Numbered from the stretch's first letter, positions 1 through 13,115 are shown. The stretch is 64,000 nucleotides of DNA from Antedon mediterranea (GCF_964355755.1 NC_092672.1:34912437-34976436); one strand, 5' to 3'. Numbers and translations: made by a program. Notes: generated from the letters alone by a model not told the origin.

Positions 1-156
1 ATTGTGTACGGTGTTCATTGTCCTTTTACCCCTTTTCTTTGCTGGTGCGTTCTACATTGTCAATGAATTCCTTGCAATACTGTTTCTGAAAACTTCAACT
101 GTGCTGTAACGTGATTCGGTGAACAATTTTCTCACGTTCTACTTGTTTAAAGGTTC

Positions 157-1777
157 CAATAATAACAATATTGGTAATGATGATAATAATAATGTTCTTG
201 TTAATGAAGACGAGGTCTTAAGAGAATTTGCACGTGTAAAAGTCAATAAGGCAACTGGACCAGATGGGATTTCAAACAGAATTTTAAAAGTGTGCAATAT
301 CCAACTATGTCCAATTTTTACTCATATTTTTAATATTATTTTTAGAAATGGTACTGCTCCACGCATATGGAAAACTTCTATCATAAATCCATTGCCTAAA
401 GTTAATAAACCTAGTATACCAAAAGATTTTAGACCAATTGCAATTACTTCAAATTCAATGAAATGCTTAGAAAGGTTGATTGTTTCTAGACTTAAGGAAA
501 ATATTGGTAATGCAGATAAGAATCAATTTGCATACAAGAAAAATAGAGGGGTTGACGATGCTGTAAATTCTTATCTCCATGATACATATCATCACCTTGA
601 TTCTAAAAGAAATTATGTACGGTCTATATTTTTCGATTTCTCCAGTGCTTTTAATACTATTTTACCACATGTTTTAATTGATAGATTATTAAGTTTTAAT
701 GTCTCACCTCAGCTCGCCAAAGTTATATATAGTTTTTTGATTAATAGACCGCAGATGGTTAAGTGCAATGGTATCCTATCCAACAAAGAATCTACCAGTG
801 TTGGAGCTCCTCAAGGATGTGTTATCTCTCCAATTTTGTTCTCTTTTTCTCTCTAGTAGTTTTAATATTTTAAGTAAAGATTGCAATATTGTAAAATACG
901 CTGACGATACTGTAATTAGTGGTTTTCTTTGCGATAGTAAGCATAATGTAAATGAATTTGTTAATGAAGTTGGAAGATTTGTTAATTGGTGTGAAGATAT
1001 GAACTTAATACTTAATATTACTAAAACCAAAGAGATGATAATAGATTTTCGTAAAACCGCAGTTGAACATAATGTAATAACTATTAAAGAAACCGAGGTT
1101 GAAAGAGTAACCCAATACAAATACTTAGGTACTATAATTGACAACAAATTAAAATGGGAGTCAAACTCTCTCATGATTTCCAAGAAGGCATCTCAAAGGC
1201 TCTACTTTCTCAGAAAACTCAAGCAAATTAGAGTTGATAACACTATTTTAATTCTATTTTATCAAAGTATTATTCAAAGTATTCTATCTTTTAGCATTGG
1301 ATGTTTTTATGGTAACTTTACTGAAAATGATAAGAAAAATATTGAGAGACCACGTAAAATTACACAACGTATTATTAAAGCTGATCTTACGCCTTGTTCA
1401 TTTATATATGAAAAGAGTATTCTAAAAAAAGTAAACAATATTATGAAAGACCCCACTCATCCGTTACATTACTGTTATAACTTAAATAGATCAGGCATTA
1501 GGCTACGACCTCCAAGAGCAAATCTTTGTAGAACTAGAAAATCCTTCGTTGTAAATAGCATTCATATTTTAATTCTATGTAAGACGTTAATGCAATTTTT
1601 AATAGTTTTACATTTTTAACAGTATTTTTAACTTTTTATCTTGTATTTTTAATCTGTTATAATACTGCACGTTTTTAAATTGTTGCAATATTGTTGTTTT
1701 AATCTACCAAGCAAAGTGAATTTCCATTTTTATGGACAAATAAAATGTCTTGAATCTTGAATCTTGAATCTTGAATC
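157..1777 (+). mobile_element. 5'-truncated, frameshifted non-LTR retrotransposon, Rex1/Babar (CR1/L2 group) type reverse transcriptase
   Basis: ORFs 119..856 and 768..1619 carry RT motifs KATGPDGI, DFRPIA, FDFSSAFNTI, GAPQGCVISP, YADDT, TKEMIIDFR, YKYLG, QRLYFLRKL, with a frameshift near 850. The 3' end is AATTTCCATTTTTATGGACAAATAAA plus (TTGAATC)x4 at 1750-1777. Boundaries come from the empty site AAGGTTC^TAC in paralogous spacers (6346, 7955, 22382). No TSD. Confidence 0.9.
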
Positions 1778-1845
1778 TACGTAAGACTAAATATCGTATC
1801 TTCATTTACAAGTGAGTGTCGCCATTCATCACTGCAAGTTTTACA

Positions 1846-4800
1846 ATGAATATCTCCACCAATAACTCATCTTGTAGATCCGTTACTGAGTATACTGAAA
1901 TGCTCTATGAATACGCACTTACAGCTATCATACCAGTGGCTTCAATCATTTGTATTTTGATTGTGCTTTTAAATGGTATTGCAATATTTGTAATTCTTAG
2001 ATCTAAGAAACTGCGAAAGAAACACAATGTTTTCATCGTATCTTTGGCATTTGCAGATTGTGCAAATGGACTTGGATATTGTGCATATGTAGCTATACGC
2101 TTCTATCATCCGAGTTTGGGTATAATTATTCTTTTTTTTTTGTCTTGTGTGGGTTCGTCCCACGTTTATTATAGTTCTATAAATATAATAATATATGTAT
2201 ATATGCACATTTATATAATTCTCTTATTTATAAGGTACATTGTTAAAAAAAATACATATCTTTTGAACAGTATATACATAAGACTAAGATTATTTTGATG
2301 TTAAGAAGTAACCACATTTACATTAATATACATTTTTAAAAATACAATTAATTAAAATATGTCGATGGCAATAAACTGACGATAAAAATTGATTTAAGAA
2401 AAACGTACTTATGAAAAAGTTATTATTGTTGTTTTATTCTGTTCATGTCCGTTGTCTGGGTAGAGAGGCTATAAACTCAAGGGAAGAATATAAAGAATCT
2501 TCCCTTTTCAGCAAGAAAAAAATGGATGAGATGAAAACGAAGAATGCAAAAGCTTGAAAAAAGGGTGTTTAGAATGGATAGGATGGAATGATATATATAA
2601 TGAAAACCGTAAGGTTAGAGTCAATACACAGTGCAAGTCCAAGGTAATATTTTGGCTCGGTGTGTATGTGAGTCGCTTCATACCCGGATGACATATCTTA
2701 AAACTAATATAGTTACTAGGCCTATATACAATGTATTTAAGAGATAAAAATAGCATTTTTTTAATTTCATTAATTTAAGGAGATTTTGCTTTATATCTCC
2801 CCATTTACATTGAGCTTTAAAGTAGTAGCACTTATACTCATTTTCAATTAAATGCTTTACTTCAGTAATAAAAAGATTCCAGATCTTTTTTTCATAGTTG
2901 TTTCCTTTTTTTTTCAGGTTTTGTTAATATATGCAACTTATATATAGAGAATACAAATAATGAAATCAATTCATTTACAATTATGTTATTTGATCCAGTA
3001 ATCATTGTAGTCCAAGTTATTGGGTCTTCGTTTGAAAAGCTCTTAGCTATGACATTTTTAAATTTAAGCCATATCCATTGAATTACACTGCATTTATATA
3101 ATATGTGTTTTTCAGTTTCAACCTTGTATACTGTATACATCACATAAATCATTACCTGCTAAGTTCCAGATTTTCAATCGTTTTTTACATGGTATTATTC
3201 TATGCAGAAGTTTAAAATTAAATTGAGCAACTTTGGGTATATGTTTTAGTCTATAAACTTTATAGTACCAAACATTACTCCAATCAATGTCTACCTTACC
3301 TAGTTCTATTTCCCATTTTGTTTGTGAATTTGGTATTTTTGAACATCTATTAATAAAATGATTATAGAAGATGGTTCCTTTATTTTTCATATAAAGTCGT
3401 AGACTAGGAATACTATTGTCTTCCTTTTTTGTATTACCTTTTTCAATAATTTCTTTCCACTCTTTTGGTATGGCTTTTAACAATTGCATATATTCAATTA
3501 AGGCGTTATGCCTTTTATACAGTTTAGGAAATATTTCACAAGGTGAAAGTACTCTATCATTCATGTAAATATCTCCGATTGTTTTAAACCCAGAAGATAA
3601 CCATACTTTAAAATACATAGATTTATTGTTCAATGTGATATGTCTGTTTTCCCATAATTGTTGGCTCTTTATTTCCATAGTAGTTTTTGGTTTTACATGT
3701 ATGATATTGTTTGATTTTACAACAGACTTCATCATATTTCTATAAAATAAAGGCATACTGCCCAGGTTTGCATGCTCTTCTAAATTCAACTGCGTTATGT
3801 TAACTGTATATTCAATAGGTTGAAGGTAAAACTTTGGAATGCATTTCCATTTACCTGGATCTGGGCTTAAGAGTCTCTTAACCCAGGTTAGTTTGAGAGA
3901 TTCTATCACCGAAGTGAGATCTGGCATATTCAAACCACCTTCTTCCACATTTCGAATTAATGTTGTTCGTTTTATTTTTTATTTTTTATTACACCAAAGG
4001 AAGTCATATAACAGTTTTTCTATTTTTGTAATTATTTCCTTAGGCACCTCAATAATACTAGCAGTATAGATAAACCTTGATATTGCTAGTGTTTTTATAA
4101 TAGTAATTTTACCAAAAACACTTAGGTTACGTCTTTTCCATAAATTTAATACATTTTCTAAGTTGGTGATTTTTTTCTCCCAATTTCTGTATTCACATAA
4201 TTGTTTATCATAACCTACATGTATTCCTAGAAATTGTACTGGTTCACTGGACCATACAATATTGAATGGTTTTGACATATTATTTTTGTTTGAACCAATC
4301 CACATACCATTTGTCTTATTTTTATTTAGTTTTAGTCCTGACACTCTACAGAATAGATCAATTTCATCGAAAAAATATTTTAGACTACTTTCATCTTGCG
4401 TAAAAAAAACGGTATCGTCTGCAAGTTGAGCAATCTTTACAATGTTGTCATTTTTGTCATATTGCTGTTTGGTAATGTAATTCCTTTACATTTAGGATTT
4501 TTTCTTATATTTGTGGCCATTAATTCTGTCACCAAAATAAATAGTAGCGCTGATAATGGGCAGCCTTGCCTCACGCCGCACTCCATATTAAAGCTTTCTG
4601 AGAGCCATCCGTTATTTACTAAAACACAATTTGTTTCTTTATAAATTACATTTATCCATTTGATAAAAGAATTACCAAAACCGAAATGACTTAAAGTCTT
4701 AAATAATAGTACTCTATCTAATGAGTCAAAGGCTTTTGCAAAATCTAGAAATACAATTGCACCTGGCATATTGTTTAAGCTTGTAAAGTCTAATATGTCA

Positions 4801-5690
4801 TTTACTAGTCTTACATTTTCTCCCCCAAACCTTTTTTTTACATATCCTTTTTGATCTTCATTTACTATAGATCCTATAACATTTTGTAATCTGTTAGCTA
4901 ATACATGGGCTAATATTTTATAATCGACATTAAGAAGAGTAATCGGTCTCCAGTTATCTAAGTTTTCTCTTTGTCCCTTTTTATATATTAGGTTTATTAT
5001 ACCTCTTTTTTGTGTTGTGGATAACTTTCCATTATTATAGTTATAGTTTAAAGAATCACATAGGATATGTTTTAAATGGTTCCAAAAAGTGCGATAAAAT
5101 TCTACACTTAGGTATAATTATTCTTATAAACTGGTTATTAACGTCAATTCTTTTTACGTCAATGCTTAACGTAAATTGCGTTGCTGTAGATCGTTATATT
5201 GCGTTAGTATACGCTCCTTTACGTTACGAAGTAGTCGTAACATTTAAACGTCAGATAACCGTTTGCGCTGCGATTTGGATTGGACCAATGTTTATTATGT
5301 TTGTCTTGTTTTACATTACTGCATTTTCTCATGGTTTTAATAATAACTGTTTGTCTTTATTTTAAAATTTATCACAGTATTTCTAAATCAGATCATTATC
5401 TCGCTTCAATGAATATTTCAAACGCAAAGAAGTCCAGGAAATTACTAAAAACCTGCTTAACAATAACAATCCTGTATTGTCTTCTCTGGTTGCCATATCT
5501 TGTAACAAGTTGTCTTGTTTTTATACCAGGGTTAGCATGTTACCTCGGTAGATCACTTGTTTATATGAATTCCTTTTCTGGAAGTCTGGTTTTTATTAAT
5601 TCTTTGACTAATTCTCTAATATATTGGTATAATTTACCTGATTTCCGAAACTCATTTTATGATATCTGGGGAAGGATAAAGAAATGCTAA
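1846..5690 (+). pseudogene. Rhodopsin-class GPCR copy A, split by L1/Tx1 insertion and frameshifted
   Basis: ATG 1846 (MNISTNNSSC), TM1-2 to 2133; resumes at 5111 with VDRY. A ~32-bp deletion near 5327 relative to copy E shifts the frame; then LWLP, NSLIY, stop 5690. Confidence 0.9.
2134..5110 (-). mobile_element. 5'-truncated L1/Tx1-clade retrotransposon (ORF2 RT and C-terminal zinc-knuckle region, frameshifted)
   Basis: Minus-strand motifs NWRPITLLNVDYKI, FLDFAKAFD, GVRQGCPLS, QLADDT, FLGIHV, GGLNMPD, ETEKHILYKC. Poly(T) at 2134-2141 is the poly(A) tail. Perfect 15-bp TSD GGTATAATTATTCTT at 2119-2133 and 5111-5125. Confidence 0.93.
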
Positions 5691-6419
5691 TTAAAATATA
5701 CGACAAATGTTAATTAAAATAAAAAGTGTATAGCATGGTATAAACGAGGACCTCGAGTACACCAGCAGTGAATTCAACTGATACTATGTCAATGACGGCC
5801 ATGTTTTCAGATGATTTTAGATAGCACACAGGAATTTCTCGCACAAAAGCCAGAAGCCGCCGATGTAGACGACATTGATAATTTCAACAAAAGTCAATAT
5901 ATTTGTTATAATTTGAAATCGTGTTACAATAAAGTTGAAGTGGTTTTATAATACAGAAGTAATAATCTTTAGGAATAGAATAATTATAAAACCACAAGAA
6001 CAGTCGATGATTGTGAGACTTGGAGTTAATAAACTCTTCCATCAGTACGTTCAGTATATTTTTAATGAAATATCAATTCGTCAAGAGTTTCATAAAACAT
6101 GACAACCATTGGTCAATTAAGACAACAGGGAATGATGGACAGAATACTTTTACAAGTTTATTCTATCGACATATTATTAAACCGACCGAAGTTTCAACAA
6201 AATTGATGTAGTGTACGGTGTTTATTGTACTTTTCCCATTGTCTTTGCTGGTGCGTTCTACATTTCTTGCAATACTGATTCTGAAAACTTTATCTGTGCT
6301 GTAACGTGATTCGTTGACCAGTTTTTTCACGTTCTACTTGTTTAAAGGTTCTACAAAAGACTAAATATCGTATCTTCATTTACAAGCGAGTGTCGCCATT
6401 CATCACTGCAAGTTATACA
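5691..6419 (+). repeat. ~730-bp intergenic spacer of the GPCR tandem unit (unit ~1.61 kb)
   Basis: Near-identical copies at 7301-8029, 8921-9510, 20757-22456 (with insert), 24759-25378, and 1-156 plus 1778-1845. The ATGs of copies B and C are 1610 bp apart. Confidence 0.9.
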
Positions 6420-7300
6420 ATGAATATCTCCACTGATAATTTATCTTGTAGATCCGTTATTGAGTATACTGAAATGCTCTATGAATACGCACTTACCGTT
6501 ATCATACCAGTGGCTTCAATAATTTGTATTTTGATTGTGCTTTTAAATGGTGTTGCAATATTTGTAATTCTTAGATCTAAGAAACTGCGAAAGAAACGCA
6601 ATGTTTTCATCGTATCTTTGGCATTTGCAGATTGTGCAAACGGACTTGGATATTGTGCATATGTAGCTATACGCTTCTATCGTCCGAGTTTGGGTATAAT
6701 TATTCTTATAAACTGGTTATTAACGTCAATTCTTTTTACGTCAATGCTTAACGTAAATTGCGTTGCTGTAGATCGTTATATTGCGTTAGTATACGCTCCT
6801 TTACGTTACACAATAGTCGTAACAATTAAACGTCAGTTTGCGCTACGATTTGGATTGGTCCACATTGCATTATATATATATTTTTTTACATTAATACTCA
6901 TACTTATTTTAATCCGTTAATATTTGCCATATTTTTTCTCATGGTTTTAATAATAACTGTTTTTTTTTATTTTAAAATTTATCAAAATATTTCCAAACCA
7001 GATCATTATCTTGCTTCAATGAATATTTCAAACGCAAAGAAATCCAGAAAATTACTAAAAACCTGCTTAACAATAACAATCCTGTATTGTCTCCTCTGGT
7101 TGCCATATCTTGTAATAAGTTGTCTCGTTTTTATACCAGGGTTTACATGTTCCCTTGGTATAATACTTTCATATATGCGTTTCTTTTCTGGAAGTCTGGT
7201 TTTTATCAATTCTTTGACTAATCCTATAATATATTGGTATAATTTACCGGATTTCCGAAACGCATTTTATGATATCTGGAGAAGGAAAAAGAAATGCTAA
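6420..7300 (+). pseudogene. Rhodopsin-class GPCR copy B (frameshifted)
   Basis: ORFs 6390..6920 and 6941..7300; 7-bp deletion near 6837 (CAGTTTGCG versus CAGTTGACCGTTTGCG); SLAFAD, VDRY, LWLP, NPIIY present. Confidence 0.88.
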
Positions 7301-8029
7301 TTAAAATATACGACAAATGTTAATTAGAATAAAAGTGTATAGCATGGTATAAACGAGGATCTCGAGTACACCAGCAGTGAATTCAGCTGATACTTGTCAA
7401 TGGCGGCCATGTTTTCAGATGATTTTAGATAGCACACAGGAATTTCTCGCACAAAGGACAGAAGCCGCATCCGTAGACGACATTAATAATTTGAATAAAA
7501 GTCAATATATTTGAAAACGTGTTGCAATGAAGTTGAAGTGGTTTTATAATAATAATAATACTGTAGGAGACCTAGAGTAATTATAAAACCACAAGAACAA
7601 TCACTGATTGTGAGACTTGGAGTTAATAAACTCTTCATCAATGACAGTAAGTTCAGTATATGTTTAATGAAATATCAATTCGTCAAGAGTTTCATAAAAC
7701 GTGACAACCATTGTTCAATTGAGACAACAGGGAATGATCAACACATTTGATGGACAGAATACTTTTACAAGTTTATTCAATCGACTTAATAAACCGATCG
7801 AATTTTCAACAAAAATTGGAAAGTGTACTTTTTCCGCTTGTCTTTGCTGGTGCGTTCTACATTGTCAATGAATTCCTTGCAATACTGTTTCTGAAAACTT
7901 CAACTGTGCTGTAACGTGATTTGGTGGACAATTTTCTCACGTTCTACTTGTTTAAAGGTTCTACGAAAGACTAAATATCGTATCTTCATTTAAAAGTGAG
8001 TGTCGCCATTCATCACTGCAAGTTTTACA

Positions 8030-8920
8030 ATGAATATCTCCACCAATAACTCATCTTGTAGATCCGTTATTGAGTATACTGAAATGCTCTATGAACACGC
8101 ACTTACAGCTATCATACTAGTGGCTTCAATAATTTGTATTTTGATTGTGCTTTTAAATGGTGTTGCAATATTTGTAATTCTTATATCTAAGAAACTGCGA
8201 AAGAAACGCAATGTTTTCATCGTATCTTTGGCATTTGCAGATTGTGCAAATGGACTTGGATATTGTGCATATGTAGCTATACGCTTCTATCATCCGAGTT
8301 TGGGTATAATTATTCTTATAAACTGGTTATTAACGTCAATTCTTTTTACGTCAATGTTTAACGTAAATTGCGTTGCTGTAGATCGTTATATTGCGTTAGT
8401 ATACGCTCCTTTACGTTACGCTGTTGTCGTAACAATTAAACGTAGTTGACTGTTTGCGCTGCGATTTGGATTGGTCCAAATTGCATTATATGTATCTTGT
8501 TTTACATTACTACAACTCATTTTATTTCGCTAATAATAGCCATATTTTTTCTCATGATTTTAATAATAACTGTTTTTCTTTATTTTAAAATTTATCAAAA
8601 TATTTCCAAATCAAATCATTATCTCACTTCAATGAATATTTCAAACGAAAAAAAGTCCAGAATATTACTAAAAATCTGCTTAACAATAACAATCCTGTAT
8701 TGTCTTCTTTGGTTGCCATATCTTGTAATAAGTTGTCTGGTTTTTATACCAGGGTTAGCATGTTCCCTTGGTATATTACTTACATATATGAATTTCTTTT
8801 TCTGGAAGTCTGGTTTTTATAAATTCTTTGACTAATCCTCTAATATATTGGTATAAATTACCGGATTTCCGAAACTCATTTTATGATATCTGGGGAAGGA
8901 AAAAGAAATGCCAATTATAA
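8030..8920 (+). pseudogene. Rhodopsin-class GPCR copy C (two 1-bp frameshifts)
   Basis: 1-bp loss at ~8444 (CGTAGTTG versus CGTCAGTTG) and an extra T in the run at ~8800. Sequencing error cannot be excluded for the homopolymer change. Confidence 0.82.
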
Positions 8921-9523
8921 TATACGACATACGAAATAAAGTGTATATCATGGTATAAACGAGGTTTAGAAATCTCGAGTACACTAGCAGTGAATTCAAC
9001 TGATACTATGTCAATGACGACCATGTTTTCAGATGATTTTAGATTGCACCCAGGAATTTCTCGCACAAAAGCCAGAAGCCGCCGCCGTAGACAACATTAA
9101 TAATTTCAACAAAAGTCAACATAGGCCTATTTGTTATAATTTGAAAAAAGTGTTGCAACAAAGTTGAAGTAGTTTTATAATAATAATAATCTTTAGGACT
9201 AGAATAATTATAAAACCACAAGAACAATCAATGATTGTGTGGCTTGGAGTTAATAAACTCGTCATCAAAGACAGTAAGTTCAGTATATTTTTAATGAAAT
9301 ATCAATTCGTCAAGAGTTTCATAAAACGTAAAACATTGGTCAATTAAGACAACATGGAATGATTAACAATTTGATGGACAGAATACTTTTACAATCGACC
9401 AAATTTTCAACAAATTTGTAAAGTGTACGGTGTTCATTGTACTTTTTACCCCTTGTCTTTGCTGGTACGTTCTACATTGTCAATGAATTCCTTGCAATAC
9501 TGTTTCTGACAATTTTAACCTAT

Positions 9524-10350
9524 TTTTTGAAGAGCTAAAACTGTAGTGATTATCGTAGGTGTAGTTTTGATAATTTGTACTTTGATTTTAGTTCTGAACG
9601 GTGTTGTTATCTTTGTTATTCTACGAACAAAAGTTCTCCGAAAGAAACGCACTGATTTCATCGTGTCTTTAACGTTTGTGGATCGTGCAAATGGATTAAT
9701 TATTAGTTATATTAGAAGCTCATGGAAATGTGATAATGCCAACAATACTTTTGATATCACTTTTAAGCGTAACTGGTGTTGCATTGGACCGTTGGTTGGT
9801 TTTCGCTCCATTGCGGTACACCGTGATCGTCACCACAAAACGTCAACTGATCATCGGCGCTATAATTTGGCTTGTGCCGATTTTAATCGTTATTATGTTA
9901 TTTCAAACCATGCAATATTTTAATATCGCCTTGGCATTAGTCTGTCTTACGCTACAATTAATTACTATCAATCTTTATATTCTCATTTACCGAAGTATTT
10001 GCAAATCTGATCATTATATTTCATCGATGAATGTTTTCAATTTAAAGCGATCAAAGAAATTACTAACTACATATTTGATTATAACATTGGTTTACTTCTT
10101 CTCATGGCTGCCGTTTTTATGCCTGAATTTCTTCACTGCATTTCCGCAAATAATATGCTTTATGGACTCGTTATATGTACATTTATTTTTCTATTCTTGC
10201 AATTTAGCGTTTATAAACACAGTGATAAATCCAGTTATCTACTGGTTTAATTTACCCAATTTTCGAGAAGCAGTTTATGAAATTTGTGGAAAAAACAAAA
10301 AGTCATCCGCGCTAGCTTTAAATAATTTCCTCCAAAACACAAACATATAA
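9524..10350 (+). pseudogene. Diverged GPCR copy D (second subfamily), N-terminus deleted, frameshifted
   Basis: ORFs 9546..9923 and 9730..10350: LNGVVIFVILR, SLTFVD, ALDRW (DRY disrupted), SWLP, NPVIY. Joined directly to the spacer with no start codon. Confidence 0.85.
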
Positions 10351-10759
10351 TGACAGTAAAGCATAGGCATACTAGTCGTCACAACAATTCAAACCTTAGA
10401 AAGGATTCAACTTCTATAAAAGGGCAAAAAATTTATTTACGATTTATTTCGTCAAATCATGACACTCAATCAAACACTCAAGAAAATTAATAACAATACC
10501 GAAGACTATAATAACGTTAACCATGATTGACAAAGAAGTTTTTAATAACATTGAATCTTGGTGGATAGGTACCAATGCACTTCAAACCAATTATTACATG
10601 TACACTATTACAGTATTATGACGAAGTATATAGACGAAGGAGTAAAGCAAGCTTAAATTCTACATCTGAACACAACGTTGGAAATTGTCTAAAGATGGCT
10701 CTGTTCTCTCTTATAACTAAATTATCTTGACGAAGAATTGGGTGTTGGGTGAGTCTATA

Positions 10760-10910
10760 AGGTTGATCACAAATAGCGAGTGCGTGGCGCGTAGTGGGAA
10801 AGGTTTAGGAGCAAACGTCACGTACGCGTCGTGACGTTTGCTCCCAATCCTTTCCCACCATGCATTGTGCAATGACGTTCCTCGGGAAATCAAGCTATTT
10901 GCGATAACCT
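10760..10910. mobile_element. ~150-bp palindromic MITE-like element upstream of GPCR E
   Basis: Outer IR AGGTTGATCACAAATAGC / GCTATTTGCGATAACCT; inner hairpin TGGGAAAGGTTTAGGAGCAAACGTCACG..CGTGACGTTTGCTCCCAATCCTTTCCCA. Confidence 0.65.
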
Positions 10911-11288
10911 TTTAATCTCTGCAACTAAATCTATCCTGTTTTAGACGTAAATTACGTTTGTTTTTCTGATGACATACGTGAAGAAAACTTCACGAGGTAC
11001 AGGGATATCGATAACATTTCTTATTTACATTCTTATGGAAACTATTTGCTGAGAAACTAATTTTTAAATATTGTGTTTTAACAGAAACATTTGATGCTAA
11101 ATGAAGTATGGATAATCTAAAAATATTGCTTGTTAAACCCAATACAGAAGATTTTGGATATTTGTACTTTATCACTGTATGCTGTAACTGATAACGTATA
11201 CAATTCTCACGGTGCACTTCTGAAGGTTCTAGGAAATTACAAAATATATCTGTACTTCAATGACATTTTAACCACTGCAAGTTTTAAA

Positions 11289-12173
11289 ATGAATATCTCC
11301 ACCAATAATTCATCTTGTGAATCAATTTATATTGAGTATACTAAAACGTTCTATGAATACGTACTTACAGCTATCATACCAGTGGTTTTAATAATTGGTA
11401 TTTTGATTGTGCTTTTAAATGGTGTTGCAATATTTGTAATTCTTAGATCTAAGAAACTGCGGAAGAAACACAATGTTTTCATCGTATCTTTGGCATTTGC
11501 AGATTGTGCAAATGGACTTGGATATTGTGTGTATGTTATTTTATATATATTTCGATCGAGTACAAATTATTTTATTTATTGGTTCTTGACGTCGATCATT
11601 TTTACGTCAATGCTTAACGTAAATTGCGTTGCTGTAGATCGTTACATTGCGTTAGTATACGCTCCTTTACGTTACGAAGTAGTCGTAACATTTAAACGTC
11701 AGATAACCGTTTGCGCTGCGTTTTGGATTGGACCAATGTTTATTATGTACTTTGTCTTGTTTTACATTACTGCATTTTACTTTACCGCGTTAATAATTGC
11801 AGTAATTGTTCTCATGGTTTTAATAATAACTGTTTGTCTTTATTTTAAAATTTATCACAGTATTTCTAAATCAGATCATTATCTCGCTTCAATGAATATT
11901 TCAAACGCAAAGAAGTCCAGAAAATTACTAAAAACCTGCTTAACAATAACAGTCCTGTATTGTCTTCTCTGGTTGCCTTATCTTGTAACAAGTTGTCTTG
12001 TTTTTATACCAGGATTAGCATGTTACCTCGGTAGATCACTTGTTTATATGAATTCCTTTTCTGGAAGTCTGGTTTTTATCAATTCTTTGACTAATCCTCT
12101 AATATACTGGTATAATTTACCGGATTTCCGAAACTCATTTTATGATATTTGTGGAAGAAAAGAGAGATGTTAA
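11289..12173 (+). CDS. Intact intronless rhodopsin-class 7TM GPCR copy E (294 aa), candidate chemoreceptor
   Basis: Start at ATG 11289 by comparison with paralogues; LNG(TM1), SLAFAD(TM2), VDRY, W4.50, LWLP, NPLIY, helix-8 FR. Chemosensory role is inference. Confidence 0.92.
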   Translation: MNISTNNSSCESIYIEYTKTFYEYVLTAIIPVVLIIGILIVLLNGVAIFVILRSKKLRKKHNVFIVSLAFADCANGLGYCVYVILYIFRSSTNYFIYWFLTSIIFTSMLNVNCVAVDRYIALVYAPLRYEVVVTFKRQITVCAAFWIGPMFIMYFVLFYITAFYFTALIIAVIVLMVLIITVCLYFKIYHSISKSDHYLASMNISNAKKSRKLLKTCLTITVLYCLLWLPYLVTSCLVFIPGLACYLGRSLVYMNSFSGSLVFINSLTNPLIYWYNLPDFRNSFYDICGRKERC

Positions 12174-13115
12174 ATAAGTTACAATAAGATACCGAACTAT
12201 ACAGACTTTGTTTTATAAAAATGACAATATATTACACACATACTATTCGCATATAAGTCAACAGCCGGCATATTAAACACGAGTAAATAATTATAATTTT
12301 AACAAACTTTGAAGTTATTTTTCAACCAATCAAATGTAAGTTTAAATAACAATGATAAAACAACAATAAGAAACATTGGTGTTGTTGAGTTTTATCATTA
12401 GCTTAATCTTACTTATAGAATTGAAATCTCATATTAGATAAAACAAATACCTACACATAGGTGATTATAGTTGTGTTTTCACTAACATCTAGGCTATCGG
12501 TAGTAAGTTTGTTTTATATAAGCATTACTATTATTACTTATTATTGATTGTATGTTGCAGGGATTGTATATCGAAATAGAAACTTATGCCATTAATAAAA
12601 AAAAAAACATTGATTAAACATTAAGAGATTAATAAACGGTTCGTTTTGCACATTTATTAACCTTCAATGTAGGCTATAATCTGTATACTAGACGATTAAT
12701 TACCGACTTGAAAGTAATTTTGGTTTTATAAAAATTGAAATCGTGTTAGTTTTACCTTCAATGTTTAAAAAACCTCTATTTTTAAACACGATTTTTATAT
12801 TTAGTAAATTTGTAGAAACAAGTTTGATGTCAATTAAAACCATGTAATTAATCTACAAAATGAGAAAATCGTGTTGTAATTATGTAACGTAACATTCATA
12901 GACTAATTATAAAATAAATGAAACTGAGTAGAGATTTCAAACACAATAGCTGTTGAAAAATTTATCAAATAATCTGAAAAATAAAGAATAAAAAAATACA
13001 ACCAACTGATAAAAACTATAATCGAACACTGACTGTAATACTTGGCAAAATCAAAGATCTATGAGTAAAAAGTTTCTAAGATATTTTGCAAAATGGACAA
13101 AGCGATAGAGGGTGC

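Noticed and set aside
8881-9420. Decayed antisense gene in the spacer (short minus-strand ORFs)
   Set aside because: Multiple stops and no convincing motif; the plus-strand tail reading explains the region better.
11130-11288. N-terminal extension of the 347-aa ORF
   Set aside because: Begins at a non-ATG codon; paralogues start at MNIS (11289).
11889-11906. MNISN in ICL3 echoing the N-terminal MNIST as an internal duplication or second start
   Set aside because: Similarity is limited to ~14 AT-rich nucleotides; chance is sufficient.
13100-13115. CTCF-like site GCGATAGAGGGTGC at the foldback target
   Set aside because: Only a partial match to the consensus, with no supporting evidence.
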